Notes under the pieces: model-generated
Told to the model about the DNA's origin: nothing
Database searches by the model: none
What the model saw: the letters and a program-made list of their open reading frames with translations, nothing else
Shown: positions 37,744 through 48,189 of the stretch, piece by piece
Layout of the letters: every line of letters starts with the position of its first letter
Position numbering within the stretch: the stretch's first letter is position 1
Made by a program: the position numbers and the translations under genes
Virus record (IMG/VR): IMGVR_UViG_3300045988_184153
Source of the DNA: a virus
Direction: 5' to 3' (one strand)
Length of the DNA: 64,000 nucleotides

Positions 37744-39039
37744 TTAGATAAAATTCTTCTTTTCCAAGAATCTCAGACCATCAAGAATGCCGCTAATAGA
37801 TTTTATTTTTTTACTTAAAAGAGATCTATTATTCTTGTTCTTGTTTTGCTCTTTTATTGATTTATCTTTATCAACTAGATGGCTAATTCCATCATAAATT
37901 TTCAGAAAAATATAATAATTCCAAAATTCCTTATAGCATAGCATTTTATTAATCTTACCAAATTTTTTAACATAAAAATTCTCTATTTTTCTATCTGATA
38001 AATAAGCCAGTTCTTCCGAAAGACCTTTTATTTCCAGGATACCCTCTTCAATAAATTCAGTCCAAAGACTCACGTCAATATTTTTATTATATTCCGTTAT
38101 TTTTTCGTAAATAAAATCATTTTCTTTGTCGTAATGATTTTGTAAGCAAAAATCTAGAATAAGTTTAAATTGATTTTTCTTAAACAAATCCAGATAGTAT
38201 TTATCATCTGAAAAATAAACAGATAAATAATCAACAAAAAGAGAAAAATTGAATGCGTTGAATGTTGGAGTTGAACCCTTTCTTTTGTGGTAATCGATAA
38301 ATTTATTTAAAAAATTACAAACATCATCTCTTGTCTCAAATAAATCCATCAAAATTTTTTCAACAATAATATCATCGAATGGATATCCAATTTTAGAGAA
38401 AAACGAATCCCAATTTTTTTCATTTTGTAACATTTCGAATGCTAAACCTGTTAAAGAAAAGTTTTTTGTTTCTGCATTATTATAATACCAACTGAGAGCT
38501 CCGTAAAATTCGTCTGCACACTCATCCAAGAAAAATTTTGTAAAATGATCCACAAATTTTCTCCGAATATCCTCGTTGTAAGGATATTCTGAATTTTCTT
38601 CGACGGATAAGGGAATCATCTCCAAAATCTTCATACGCTTTTTATTCCCCTCATCACTTTGGGGTGAGTTTTTAAAAGTGTTCATTAGATTAAATGCGTG
38701 CTCATCTACAATAGTCTTTAGTGATGTAGCTCGGTAATTCAATTCAACACGAAGAGTTTCGATGGATACGTGTGTGCTATTATACAGTACATCATCAATA
38801 CTGTTACCATAAGCAACTGCAACAAATCTATCAAGTGGATAACCAAAACTACTTGATGTTAGATAGAAATTATTGTCTACAAAACAAAATAAAATAATGG
38901 TTGAGTTTCCACCAACGCCAGCCTCTACTATCGATTTAGGAAAGAGATTTTCTGTTGGTAGCAATAGTTTTGCACCGTTGTTAACAGCGTCAAGAACCAT
39001 CTTGTCTATTTCCAACAGTAAATTTCCTGTTTCTTTCAT
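37744..39039 (-). CDS. Hypothetical protein (431 aa), member of a 3-gene family together with 45311..46552 and 46664..47443
   Basis: Shared N-terminal region (LLEIDK..L.....G...L..P.......G.......F......FY). Cassette on the minus strand at 39040-39096. Confidence 0.65.
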   Translation of the reverse strand: MKETGNLLLEIDKMVLDAVNNGAKLLLPTENLFPKSIVEAGVGGNSTIILFCFVDNNFYLTSSSFGYPLDRFVAVAYGNSIDDVLYNSTHVSIETLRVELNYRATSLKTIVDEHAFNLMNTFKNSPQSDEGNKKRMKILEMIPLSVEENSEYPYNEDIRRKFVDHFTKFFLDECADEFYGALSWYYNNAETKNFSLTGLAFEMLQNEKNWDSFFSKIGYPFDDIIVEKILMDLFETRDDVCNFLNKFIDYHKRKGSTPTFNAFNFSLFVDYLSVYFSDDKYYLDLFKKNQFKLILDFCLQNHYDKENDFIYEKITEYNKNIDVSLWTEFIEEGILEIKGLSEELAYLSDRKIENFYVKKFGKINKMLCYKEFWNYYIFLKIYDGISHLVDKDKSIKEQNKNKNNRSLLSKKIKSISGILDGLRFLEKKNFI

Positions 39040-39096
39040 TTTAATACCTTCTTTCTACTGAAATAAATTCAGATTTGTTATTTCTTAAATTATAAA
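39040..39096 (-). promoter_or_regulatory. Promoter/5'UTR cassette (minus strand) for 37744..39039
   Basis: Reverse complement reads TTATAATTTAAGAAATAACAAATCTGAATTTATTTCAGTAGAAAGAAGGTATTAAA-ATG. Confidence 0.65.
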
Positions 39097-39113
39097 AGCA
39101 AATCAAATTCTAT

Positions 39114-39165
39114 TATAATTTAAGAAAAATATTTTGCTGTTATTACAGCTAGAAAGAAGGAAAAA
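39114..39165 (+). promoter_or_regulatory. Promoter/5'UTR cassette (TATAATTTAAGAAA, GCTGTTATTACAGC, AGAAAGAAGGAAAAA)
   Basis: Direct reading. Confidence 0.7.
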
Positions 39166-40914
39166 ATGGTAGTAAATTCTACTTTAATAAAAGATGATCG
39201 CCGTATTCTTGCAATTAAGGAATTGTCTGGATTACTTAAAGATAAGAATTACAACTTTGACCAGGAATGTATCGATAATTTGGTTAAACGATTTAATCAA
39301 AATGTATCTAGCGGGACCGCCACTTACCCCTGTAAGAATATTAAATTTAAAACTCATTACGTCTGGTACTCTTTTAAGGAGAAAAAGTTTTTTGTTTTTG
39401 CAGAGGATTGTTACGGTTATTCTTATCCGGATCCCAAATATCTATCTTTGGATCTTTTAATGATTGGAAAATTAGATATCGATAAAAAAAGAATCAACAA
39501 GGGCTTTGTCGAGCTTTACGAAATTAAAGACTATACTTTATTTATCAAAGATGAAGAGTTGGTCGAGAGGTATGTAGAAAAACTTTTGATTACTTTCACT
39601 ACAAAGCAGTTGAAAGACTTGTCTCAAAAATTATTGTTGGAGAACTCAACATTCTATTCCGAATTGAATGAGGAAAGAACACTGGTTCCTTTAAAGGCAA
39701 TATACAATTTGAGTGGCACCAGCGTATATTATTTATATAATACACCATTAATTTTAATGACTAAAGAAGAACGTGAATCGGTTTACAATTTATTAATAAG
39801 GAAAAATATTAATAGATTACAGTTTGGAAGAAAATTTAGTTTTTCTTATACCGAGGATGAAAATTACACCTCCTCCTTTAAGGAAGAAGTTAAAAATTTC
39901 TTGGAAAATACTCGTTCTGTAATGATTGAATCTTTTGTTGATTATGGTAAAGGATATGATGAAAAATTCTCATTATTAAAAATAACAAAAGAGTTTATTT
40001 TTAATACTTACGAAGAATTGTTTTTAAATTCTAAAGTAATGGAATATTCTAAAAATGATTCCGTTTTTAAAATTAAGAATCATATTAAAGATGAACATAT
40101 TTTAAATCGGTTGTCGTTGTTTACTGAATTTTTGCAGCAGATCGGATCACACAATTTTACCAAAAATCGTGGAACATTATTGTATACGTTAATGAAATTC
40201 TTATCTGAGAATTTGGATGAATCTACGATGAATGTATTGGTTTCAAAAATATTGGATACAGAGGCTAATAATTCAACCTACAAGATGGAATCCATTCGGG
40301 AAAAACTTAAACTGTTTATAACAGAACATTTTATAGATCTGTTTTTTGGAAAACTAATTAAATCTAATAAAGAAGAATTTTTGAATGAGATTTACATCTT
40401 TGATAAAGAGAGTACATCATTTAGTTTACATATCAATAGAAATGTTGAAATGTTCAAAAAAATTAAGAGTATTTTTCATAAAAAGGTCGGATTACCTTTA
40501 AAACCTCTAAATCACCTTGACGTTATGGAATTTGAATTTCTTAATGCAAATAGTTTATATTCTAATGGAATTAACGAATGGAAAATTTGTTTCGCAACAG
40601 AATTGGGGCAGAATATTAAATTCAAAGAAAAACCGAGTGTTTCCTTATCTATATCCGGTTTTACATCTATTTTATTAGAAACATCACAGTTCCGTCTGAA
40701 CCAGAGCAAACAATGCTTGGAAACCTTTGCAGCGGTAACAAAAAATAATTTTGATGATTTGGATATCAACTTAACAGAAGAAGACGGTGGTGATTACCAA
40801 AAAGCATTTGAGTTTTTCAAATACGGTGTCGAAAATGGAACGTTATCTAACTTTACTAACACAAAATACTTATCTGACTTCATCATCAAGATGGCAGATC
40901 ATCTTAAAAAGTAA
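39166..40914 (+). CDS. Hypothetical protein, about 580-aa paralog family member 1 (582 aa), starts MVVNST
   Basis: Family-conserved N-terminal block (VWYSF.E.K....E). Cassette upstream. Confidence 0.7.
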   Translation: MVVNSTLIKDDRRILAIKELSGLLKDKNYNFDQECIDNLVKRFNQNVSSGTATYPCKNIKFKTHYVWYSFKEKKFFVFAEDCYGYSYPDPKYLSLDLLMIGKLDIDKKRINKGFVELYEIKDYTLFIKDEELVERYVEKLLITFTTKQLKDLSQKLLLENSTFYSELNEERTLVPLKAIYNLSGTSVYYLYNTPLILMTKEERESVYNLLIRKNINRLQFGRKFSFSYTEDENYTSSFKEEVKNFLENTRSVMIESFVDYGKGYDEKFSLLKITKEFIFNTYEELFLNSKVMEYSKNDSVFKIKNHIKDEHILNRLSLFTEFLQQIGSHNFTKNRGTLLYTLMKFLSENLDESTMNVLVSKILDTEANNSTYKMESIREKLKLFITEHFIDLFFGKLIKSNKEEFLNEIYIFDKESTSFSLHINRNVEMFKKIKSIFHKKVGLPLKPLNHLDVMEFEFLNANSLYSNGINEWKICFATELGQNIKFKEKPSVSLSISGFTSILLETSQFRLNQSKQCLETFAAVTKNNFDDLDINLTEEDGGDYQKAFEFFKYGVENGTLSNFTNTKYLSDFIIKMADHLKK

Positions 40915-41019
40915 AAGGAAAGCCTTTTACTTTTTTTACTTCAAGGACGCATACTTTTGCTATTATAATTTAAGAAATAATAATTCTGAATTTAATTCAG
41001 TTAGAAAGAAGGAAAAATA

Positions 41020-42825
41020 ATGGTAGTAAAAAGTAATTCGATTTCAACAGAGCGAGAATCGGAACCGGTTCGTTGGAAAAGAATTGATAAAATCAAATCC
41101 TTGATTAAGGGCAAAAACATTACAGTATCTGAAGATAATATAGATTTTTTGCTTAAATTGCTAAAAAATTTTAGTCACCCTTGGTATCCAAGAGAAAATT
41201 CACTAGATGGAGTTTGTTTTAGCAAATTTCAAATTTGGTACAGTTTCTTAGAGGATAAGATTATTTTAATCGAAGGTGAAAGGTTGGATGATATTCAACA
41301 TAAGAGCTTTTTAGATAAAGATGTCCTATATTTAGGTATTTTCAATCTAAATCAATCTAGAAAATCTAAAAAACTTATAGAGTGCTATTCATTAGTCGAA
41401 TATAAAGATTCTTGGGGTATGAAAAATAATCGTATAAAATTAACTAATGAGGATTCAGCTAAAAAATTTATCGTTGAATATTTGACAAAAAGGCTTCGTG
41501 AAAAACTTAAATTAGTTTGCAAACAACTAGTTTTAGAGGAAAATACATTTGTTGAAAAAGGACAATTAGGTTCTGACGGTCTTCTCACATCACCAGGACA
41601 GGATGTTGAATTTATTTTTAATACACCTTTATCGTTGTTGAAAAAGAATGAACGGAGATGGATGTATAACTATTTATTTTTCGAAACAAAAGATTCGTTA
41701 AAATCAACATCAAACTATGACGGAGAAATAAAGGTTATTGAATCGTATTGTTGGGATTATCTCTCAATTTTTCGTGAAGAATTTAACCAATATTTGTCGG
41801 ATATTAAAACTGATATCGTTAATATGTTTGTTCAACCAAATAGTTATGTTGGTTTTAAAACTATGTCTACACGTAGTAAACTTTTGGGACTTATCTGTAA
41901 TTGGTTTAGAAAATATTTTTTTACTGAAGAAGCTGGTGTTTTCTACCTAAAGGATTCTAGTATATGTTGTGAAAATCTTTATTTCGAAGATAGCAAGTAT
42001 TATTCTAATCAAATTAATTTGATTGAATTGTTGGGAGAAATGGCTAGATCTTCGTTCAACAGTAATACAGCAAATGTTATTTTAGGATTGGCAGAAATTA
42101 CCGGTGATCTTGCAGGTCATCGAATTTCGAACTCAGTTATGAGTACTTTGAAATTGTCATCATCGTTCTTTTTATCTACAGGAACGAAAGGGAAATTTAT
42201 TCAGCTTTTATTCGGTAAACTACTTGAATCCGCAACAAAAGATTTCAACAAAAAAGAACTCGAACTTTTAGTTTATGATTTTCAAAATGGGCTTACTATT
42301 GGTAAGTTAGGACGAGGCTCCGTATTCCTTGGAGACGGATACAATAAAAAGTTAATTTTGGAAGTGTTAGACTCATTTATCAAGGAAAAAGAGCTAGATA
42401 AATTAAGAGAATTTAACCTTGACATTGATTTGGTTTATAACCTTACAAGTAAAAATAATTCTATTACGTTTGGTCACTCAAGCGTGGATCTTGCAATTTT
42501 AAAATCTATATCCAATAACATTCCGGTTAAGATAAGTGGTTCTCTTTTTATAAGGCTTGAGTTTGAAACAATCCTTAAACTGTTAATTGATGAAGTTGAT
42601 TTTAATTATCAATCTACTATGGATCACATCAAAATAATCAAAGAAATTAGGGATAATAATCCTGGAAAAGTGAAAGTGATTCTTGAAAATTCAGAACCAG
42701 AATTGTTTTCAAAACAGATTGATTATTTGAGGGTTGGAATTGAGGATGGAATTTATGATGAGTTTGAGAAACCTAAAATTTTACTTGAGTTTGTCAACCT
42801 TATTTTAGAATTGATGAAAAACTGA
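41020..42825 (+). CDS. Hypothetical protein, about 580-aa family member 2 (601 aa), starts MVVKSN
   Basis: IWYSFLEDKIILIEGE block. C-terminal GIYDEFEKPKILLEFV shared with member 4. Cassette upstream. Confidence 0.7.
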   Translation: MVVKSNSISTERESEPVRWKRIDKIKSLIKGKNITVSEDNIDFLLKLLKNFSHPWYPRENSLDGVCFSKFQIWYSFLEDKIILIEGERLDDIQHKSFLDKDVLYLGIFNLNQSRKSKKLIECYSLVEYKDSWGMKNNRIKLTNEDSAKKFIVEYLTKRLREKLKLVCKQLVLEENTFVEKGQLGSDGLLTSPGQDVEFIFNTPLSLLKKNERRWMYNYLFFETKDSLKSTSNYDGEIKVIESYCWDYLSIFREEFNQYLSDIKTDIVNMFVQPNSYVGFKTMSTRSKLLGLICNWFRKYFFTEEAGVFYLKDSSICCENLYFEDSKYYSNQINLIELLGEMARSSFNSNTANVILGLAEITGDLAGHRISNSVMSTLKLSSSFFLSTGTKGKFIQLLFGKLLESATKDFNKKELELLVYDFQNGLTIGKLGRGSVFLGDGYNKKLILEVLDSFIKEKELDKLREFNLDIDLVYNLTSKNNSITFGHSSVDLAILKSISNNIPVKISGSLFIRLEFETILKLLIDEVDFNYQSTMDHIKIIKEIRDNNPGKVKVILENSEPELFSKQIDYLRVGIEDGIYDEFEKPKILLEFVNLILELMKN

Positions 42826-42900
42826 GGGGGAATCATTCCTCCTCTTTTATAATTTAAGAAATTAAAAAATCTGAATTTATTTCAGTAGAAAGAGGGAAAA

Positions 42901-43431
42901 ATGGTTTTAAACACAAAAACAGAAGAGTCTTCTCAGTTTGAACAGATGAAGCAAATAAAGGATATTATCCAAAAAGGAGATTATCCACTTTCAGAACAAT
43001 TTATGGATGTTGTCAGGTTGTCTATTAAGAAGCTAACTAAATATCCTTTTGTCAAAGTTAATGCCGGATCAGTAAATGAATTGAAGCTTCCTGTTTTTCA
43101 AATTTATTACTTTTTAAAAACGGATACGTTTGAAATCTTTTCAGAGTACGATGTGGAAGATCTTCCGTTTTTCACAGATGATTTGTGTGTCAACCAACCA
43201 ATTTTGCTAGGAAAGCTCAACTTAAACTCAAGTCGTGAAACTCGACAGTTTAGAGCAATTTTTGGAAAAAGTTTATTGAACGGATCAGAAAATAGAAAAT
43301 TAGAAGTTAACGATTATTATCTTGATAGATTTATAAATTACAAATTTAAAAGTTTTATTAAGAAAAATTTATTGTCAATTTATCAGAATTTTTTGAATAA
43401 CGGTGATTTTCCAAATATTATTACTCGATAG
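42901..43431 (+). CDS. Truncated member of the about 580-aa family (176 aa; N-terminal third only), possibly a gene fragment
   Basis: The IYYFLKTDTFEIF and LGKLNLNSSRETR blocks align to the N-terminal regions of the neighbouring paralogs. Own cassette upstream. Confidence 0.55.
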   Translation: MVLNTKTEESSQFEQMKQIKDIIQKGDYPLSEQFMDVVRLSIKKLTKYPFVKVNAGSVNELKLPVFQIYYFLKTDTFEIFSEYDVEDLPFFTDDLCVNQPILLGKLNLNSSRETRQFRAIFGKSLLNGSENRKLEVNDYYLDRFINYKFKSFIKKNLLSIYQNFLNNGDFPNIITR

Positions 43432-43542
43432 TAAAAAGGAGAGTTAAAGCTCTTCTTTTTTTATTAAAGATTTTATTCTCTAATCTGTTATAATTTAAGA
43501 GAATAAAAATAAAACTATTTAAATAGAAAGAAGGAAAATAAA

Positions 43543-45279
43543 ATGATTAAAACATCAGGATCCAGCAAGATGGATACTATCAAAAAAATTAAGAGTGCGT
43601 TTGAGCGTGTATCTAAATCTGATTTCAAGTTTAGCGAAGGCAATATCAATGATCTATGCTCGGCTATCTTTAATTTCAAAGATGAAGGCAACTATCTCAA
43701 CAAGCAAGAAGGGTCTTTGAAGAATTTAACATTCAAAACGATCAACGTTTGGTACTTGTTTGATACGGAAGAGTTTATCTTTGAGATGAACGGTATTCCA
43801 CGTTACAAATTAGAGCAACAAGCTATTAAGATTGGAACTATCAACTTCAATAAAAATAAGGGTTCATCCTTATTGAAGGACGCCTTTGGTTTGTCTTTGT
43901 ATAAAAATAAATTTGGATTCATTGATCCAAAAATTGATGACAAAGACACCCTGAAAAAGTTTGTTGAGAGTGCAGCTAAAAATTTTGTGGTAAAAAACCT
44001 AAAAGAGCTTTACAAACAGTTGTTAGAATACGAATCAACTTATTCTAATAATTTTCTTAAAAAGCCAGACAAACCTTGGGTTCGTTCTGGTGAATTTACG
44101 GTTCCGCTTTGTCTTTTAAGTGAAGTTGAACGAGATGAGGCTCTTGAAACTCTAATCTTCACTGAATCTACTTCAGAAAAGTGGACACACGCTTTAAAAT
44201 TATCAGTTGATGGTTTTGAAATAACAAATCAGAATCTTCTCTCTTACACAAAACCTTTCGAAGAATACGTCAAATCTTTTGTGAAGAACGAACAGGATAA
44301 CTTTGTTAATAATTTGATTACTGAAATTGGTTCAACAGCTAAATATAACAAAAAATTGAGATTGGACTATATTTCTAAATATTTGTATAGTTTGTATACA
44401 AAAGAAGATCTTTACGATAGCTTCGATGGTGAAGAAAAGTTGAATCAAAAATTGGAATCTCTTGGTATGCAATTTGAAGAGGTGTTGGAAGATACTGATA
44501 ATTTCATTCTGTATTTATTCAAGGAACTGTCAAAGCGTAGCCCAGGTTATGGTATGAAGTTTTTATTATACATCCTAGATGATGGTTATTATCATCTATC
44601 AAGCCATATATCTAAACATTCTAGAGTTGGTTATGGTTACGGTTATAATAATAAAGATTCGCAAATAAAATCTGCGTTTAACAAGATTTCTAATCACGTT
44701 CTAGATTTTATTGAAGCGAAAATTGACAGTCGTGATGACCTTCTGTCAGAATATATTGCGTTTGAAGAAAGTTCCGCTTCAAAAGAGAAAGAACGACACT
44801 ACTACGGCTCTAGAGCTGTTGATCTCGGTGATTTATTTGTTATCAAAATCAAATCAAGATACAAGGACGAGTCTTTGAAGGTTGTGAGCAGCTTCAAGGT
44901 TGAAAAGAAATTGAAGTACGAATCAACAATCCGTATTAAGAAAATCGATGATTATGAAAAACGAATACTTCAGATGATTAATTTTGGTAAAGAATTGTCC
45001 TTCTCAGAACCTGTAATTTTTGGATTCAAATTTGAAGATTTGATAAATCTAATCACTGTAAAAGTCGACGAAACTGATGATCGTGTTAAACTATTCGAAC
45101 ATCTTCTGGATCAATATAAGGATGATCTGACTGTTCTAATTCCAGACGGTGAAACATCTGAACAGTTTAAGAAGAAGATTATGTTATTCAATGAAAGTAT
45201 CGAGTCTGGTCTTTACGACGAGTTCGAATCTATCCCGGTTTTGAAGACGATCCTAAAAATCTATCTTGCAAAAATCTAA
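43543..45279 (+). CDS. Hypothetical protein, about 580-aa family member 4 (578 aa), starts MIKTSG
   Basis: VWYLFDTEEFIF block. C-terminal GLYDEFESIPVLKTIL. Terminator at 45291-45313. Confidence 0.7.
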   Translation: MIKTSGSSKMDTIKKIKSAFERVSKSDFKFSEGNINDLCSAIFNFKDEGNYLNKQEGSLKNLTFKTINVWYLFDTEEFIFEMNGIPRYKLEQQAIKIGTINFNKNKGSSLLKDAFGLSLYKNKFGFIDPKIDDKDTLKKFVESAAKNFVVKNLKELYKQLLEYESTYSNNFLKKPDKPWVRSGEFTVPLCLLSEVERDEALETLIFTESTSEKWTHALKLSVDGFEITNQNLLSYTKPFEEYVKSFVKNEQDNFVNNLITEIGSTAKYNKKLRLDYISKYLYSLYTKEDLYDSFDGEEKLNQKLESLGMQFEEVLEDTDNFILYLFKELSKRSPGYGMKFLLYILDDGYYHLSSHISKHSRVGYGYGYNNKDSQIKSAFNKISNHVLDFIEAKIDSRDDLLSEYIAFEESSASKEKERHYYGSRAVDLGDLFVIKIKSRYKDESLKVVSSFKVEKKLKYESTIRIKKIDDYEKRILQMINFGKELSFSEPVIFGFKFEDLINLITVKVDETDDRVKLFEHLLDQYKDDLTVLIPDGETSEQFKKKIMLFNESIESGLYDEFESIPVLKTILKIYLAKI

Positions 45280-45290
45280 AATCAAAAAAA

Positions 45291-45313
45291 AGAGGCTTTC
45301 AAACCTCTTTTTA
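45291..45313. terminator. Bidirectional terminator
   Basis: AGAGGCTTTCAAACCTCT followed by TTTTTATTTTT. Overlaps the stop codon of the convergent gene. Confidence 0.75.
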
Positions 45314-46552
45314 TTTTTGATTAATACTTATAAGTTGTTCTGAAATACCTAGCAAATTTTCGGAAGTCTCCTTGGATATTTTTATTAGCAAAATACGTTC
45401 ATCTTTGGATAATTGATCCGTAAATAAATCAAGAGTTTCCAAACCAACAAAGAAATAAGCTTCTTTTTGATTGAAATCAGAAAACATATCTTTAAATTTT
45501 GATTTATCTATGTCTGTTTTATTCAATCCCTTTAACAGATTTGATTGAAAGCTTTTTAGGTATTCTAAATAACTTTCCATCTTACTCAATAAAGTTGAAA
45601 CTTTATCAATTTCAATCTGTTTTTTTCTGACAAGTTCACCGAATCGACTTTTAAAACTTTTATCATCGATATTTTTGAAATTCACTTCATCAAAATAAGG
45701 TTCTACTTTGAGATTTACGTTTGAATTTTCAAACAATTCAAAGAAACTATCTCCTAACTTATTAGCAATTAAAATTAGTTTGTCTGCCGATATAGTTTTA
45801 TGATTTGACAACAACCCCTTATAAAAATTTAGCATATTTATATTTGGATTTTTATTCAAAATTGAGGATAATAACTTTCTCTCTTCAATACCAAATGGAT
45901 CGTTTAAATTATTGAAGAAGAATAATAACTTTTTCTCATCATCTACAAAATCCAGCAGAAACTTTTCCACCCTAGTACCCAAATTATTTTTTGTGTTTTC
46001 AAAGTAATTAATCATAACTCTTCCTTCGCTTCTGAAAAAAACATCGAAAACAAAATCTTTAAGTTCTTTTTCAAAACAATCGTTGGTATTCGAGAGTTCA
46101 TATTTTCTTATATCGTAACCTAACATCACCTCATCAACTTTGTTTGTAGGTATTGTTTTAATTCTGTTATACTTATAGATTACTTTATAAAAGTCATCAA
46201 AAGTGAATAAACCAAAACTATTTTTAGAAAACCTATCAAGTAAAATTTTCTCAACAACTTTTGAATCTAAAACTGAAGGGAAAGTATCACCACGATTTTC
46301 CTCACTGAATATTGTTACAAACTTATCTTTTGGAAGAAGTTTTCTGCTTGACAAAAGATAAAATTTTCCATTCTCAATAGAAAAAACAATTCTTGAAAGG
46401 TAATTGACTCGAATCTTTACACCCTCTTCACCAAAAATCTCTTTATCTGGTAGGTTTAAAAATTGATCACCCGATTCTGCATATTTGTGAATTGATCTTA
46501 AGATTTTTTGCTCTAATCTTAATAAAAAATCACCTGTATTAGTTTCAATCAT
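45311..46552 (-). CDS. Hypothetical protein (413 aa), 3-gene family member
   Basis: N-terminal similarity to 46664..47443 and 37744..39039. Cassette TATAATTTAAGAAAATAAATAAATAAAAAAGAAAGAAGG on the minus strand at 46553-46615. Confidence 0.65.
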   Translation of the reverse strand: MIETNTGDFLLRLEQKILRSIHKYAESGDQFLNLPDKEIFGEEGVKIRVNYLSRIVFSIENGKFYLLSSRKLLPKDKFVTIFSEENRGDTFPSVLDSKVVEKILLDRFSKNSFGLFTFDDFYKVIYKYNRIKTIPTNKVDEVMLGYDIRKYELSNTNDCFEKELKDFVFDVFFRSEGRVMINYFENTKNNLGTRVEKFLLDFVDDEKKLLFFFNNLNDPFGIEERKLLSSILNKNPNINMLNFYKGLLSNHKTISADKLILIANKLGDSFFELFENSNVNLKVEPYFDEVNFKNIDDKSFKSRFGELVRKKQIEIDKVSTLLSKMESYLEYLKSFQSNLLKGLNKTDIDKSKFKDMFSDFNQKEAYFFVGLETLDLFTDQLSKDERILLIKISKETSENLLGISEQLISINQK

Positions 46553-46615
46553 CGTATAATAATCCTTCTTTCTTTTTTATTTATTTATTTTCTTAAATTA
46601 TATCTCTAATCAAAA

Positions 46616-46650
46616 AAACAAGAGGAGTTATATAACCGCTCTTGTTTTTT
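46616..46650. terminator. Bidirectional terminator
   Basis: AACAAGAGGAGTTATATAACCGCTCTTGTT flanked by A-run and T-run. Confidence 0.7.
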
Positions 46651-46663
46651 TCTTATTTTCTAA

Positions 46664-47443
46664 TTATGGACTTTTTTGTAGGAAGTTTTGTTTAAAATTT
46701 TCTTTATCAAAATTAAATAGACTATTCCACTCTTTTTCTAAATAATCAAATGCCCAATCTCCAAAAGTTGATTTCCCTAAACTCTGAAGAAATTCCAGGA
46801 GCTTATTTTCATCTGTTACAAAATCAGATAAAACTTTTGAAAAATCAGAGTTTGAGTTTTTATTCAAAGTCTGAGAGTATGGTTTTGATTTAAGGTGTTT
46901 TACAACAAGACTGTCAGAACCTTTGAAAAGTAGATTGTAAACGAAATTTTGCAAGTTAAGTTTGTAATCACTATCTTTGTCTGAAAGTTCGTAAAATCTA
47001 TACAAAAATTCACGTGCCTCACGCTTAGAGGTTTCTCCTTTAATCATATATTCATAAAGGAATCCGTATATTTTGTCGTAATAAAATGTATTAAAACTGT
47101 AATTTGCTATGCGATTAACAATAATCTTCGCAAACTCCTCGGCGTTTACTACGATATCAGTCATCTCTTTTTGAAAATCAAGACTAGAATCGTAAAGTGT
47201 TACAAACTGATCAATTGGTAACATTTCCACCGAGTTTACACAGTAGAATTTGTCATTAAAAATACAGAATACAATTTTCGAACTTCTGTGCCCAACCCCG
47301 ATTCGCATTTTATCAGGAGGAAACACGCCCTTTTCCGGAAAATTAAGGAATTGATCTCCAGATTTTGAATATTGATTTAGAACCTTAATAATGTGCTTTT
47401 CTAATTCTAAAAGCAAATTATTATTTTTGTTTGTTGCAATCAA
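46664..47443 (-). CDS. Hypothetical protein (259 aa), 3-gene family member, TTG start
   Basis: ORF track. Cassette TTATAATTTTAGAAAAAAATAAACTTTTACAGTTTTAGAAAGAGGG on the minus strand. Confidence 0.6.
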   Translation of the reverse strand: MIATNKNNNLLLELEKHIIKVLNQYSKSGDQFLNFPEKGVFPPDKMRIGVGHRSSKIVFCIFNDKFYCVNSVEMLPIDQFVTLYDSSLDFQKEMTDIVVNAEEFAKIIVNRIANYSFNTFYYDKIYGFLYEYMIKGETSKREAREFLYRFYELSDKDSDYKLNLQNFVYNLLFKGSDSLVVKHLKSKPYSQTLNKNSNSDFSKVLSDFVTDENKLLEFLQSLGKSTFGDWAFDYLEKEWNSLFNFDKENFKQNFLQKSP

Positions 47444-47589
47444 ATAACTGCCCTCTTTCTAAAACTGTAAAAGTTTATTTTTTTCTAAAATTATAAAAGA
47501 TGACTAGAACCTCCCCCTCTTTTTTGTTGCAGAAAATTCAATTTTTTGATATAATATAAGAAACAAAAATATAGAAAGAAGGAATTAAA

Positions 47590-48147
47590 ATGGTTTTAAA
47601 GTCTGAGATTTTATCTCAAGAAAAAGATGTCATTTTTAAAGAACGTCTGAAAGAACTTCTGGAATTGTCTCAGAAAGATGATATCCTGAATTTAATTCAG
47701 AATTTAAATCGACGCTATTCCACTTGGGAAAAAATTGCGATTAAAGTGATGAAAAAAAATAGAAAAATGATGAAGGACGATCGAACTGAATATTTGTCTA
47801 TGTTTATTTTTTTATTCACCTATCACCCAAATAATAAACAAAAATTAAGAATTGAATTGAAGCCGTTCTTTCACAATGGACTTTTATCATCAACTAACGG
47901 ACAAAAGTTAACCGTTTCAAAATTGAAGAGTTCTTCTAACGAGATAGTTTTGGGGGTTCTTCCAATGAGCTTTCCATTATCCAGCGAAAATCATCCAATT
48001 CTAACTCTTCGGCAGCTTGAATATCTAAAGGAATTTGTTAAAAATAGATTAAAGGATATTTTTGATGAAATTTCGGAAGATTATTTGAATCCAGAGAACT
48101 CAACAGGGTCAAAAGATATTTTGAAGAAATATATTCCTTATAATTAA
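47590..48147 (+). CDS. Hypothetical protein (185 aa)
   Basis: ORF track. Cassette variant ATATAATATAAGAAA...AGAAAGAAGGAATTAAA. Confidence 0.65.
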   Translation: MVLKSEILSQEKDVIFKERLKELLELSQKDDILNLIQNLNRRYSTWEKIAIKVMKKNRKMMKDDRTEYLSMFIFLFTYHPNNKQKLRIELKPFFHNGLLSSTNGQKLTVSKLKSSSNEIVLGVLPMSFPLSSENHPILTLRQLEYLKEFVKNRLKDIFDEISEDYLNPENSTGSKDILKKYIPYN

Positions 48148-48189
48148 GGAAAGTAAAAATAATATAGAAAGAAGGGAGGTAATCAAATT

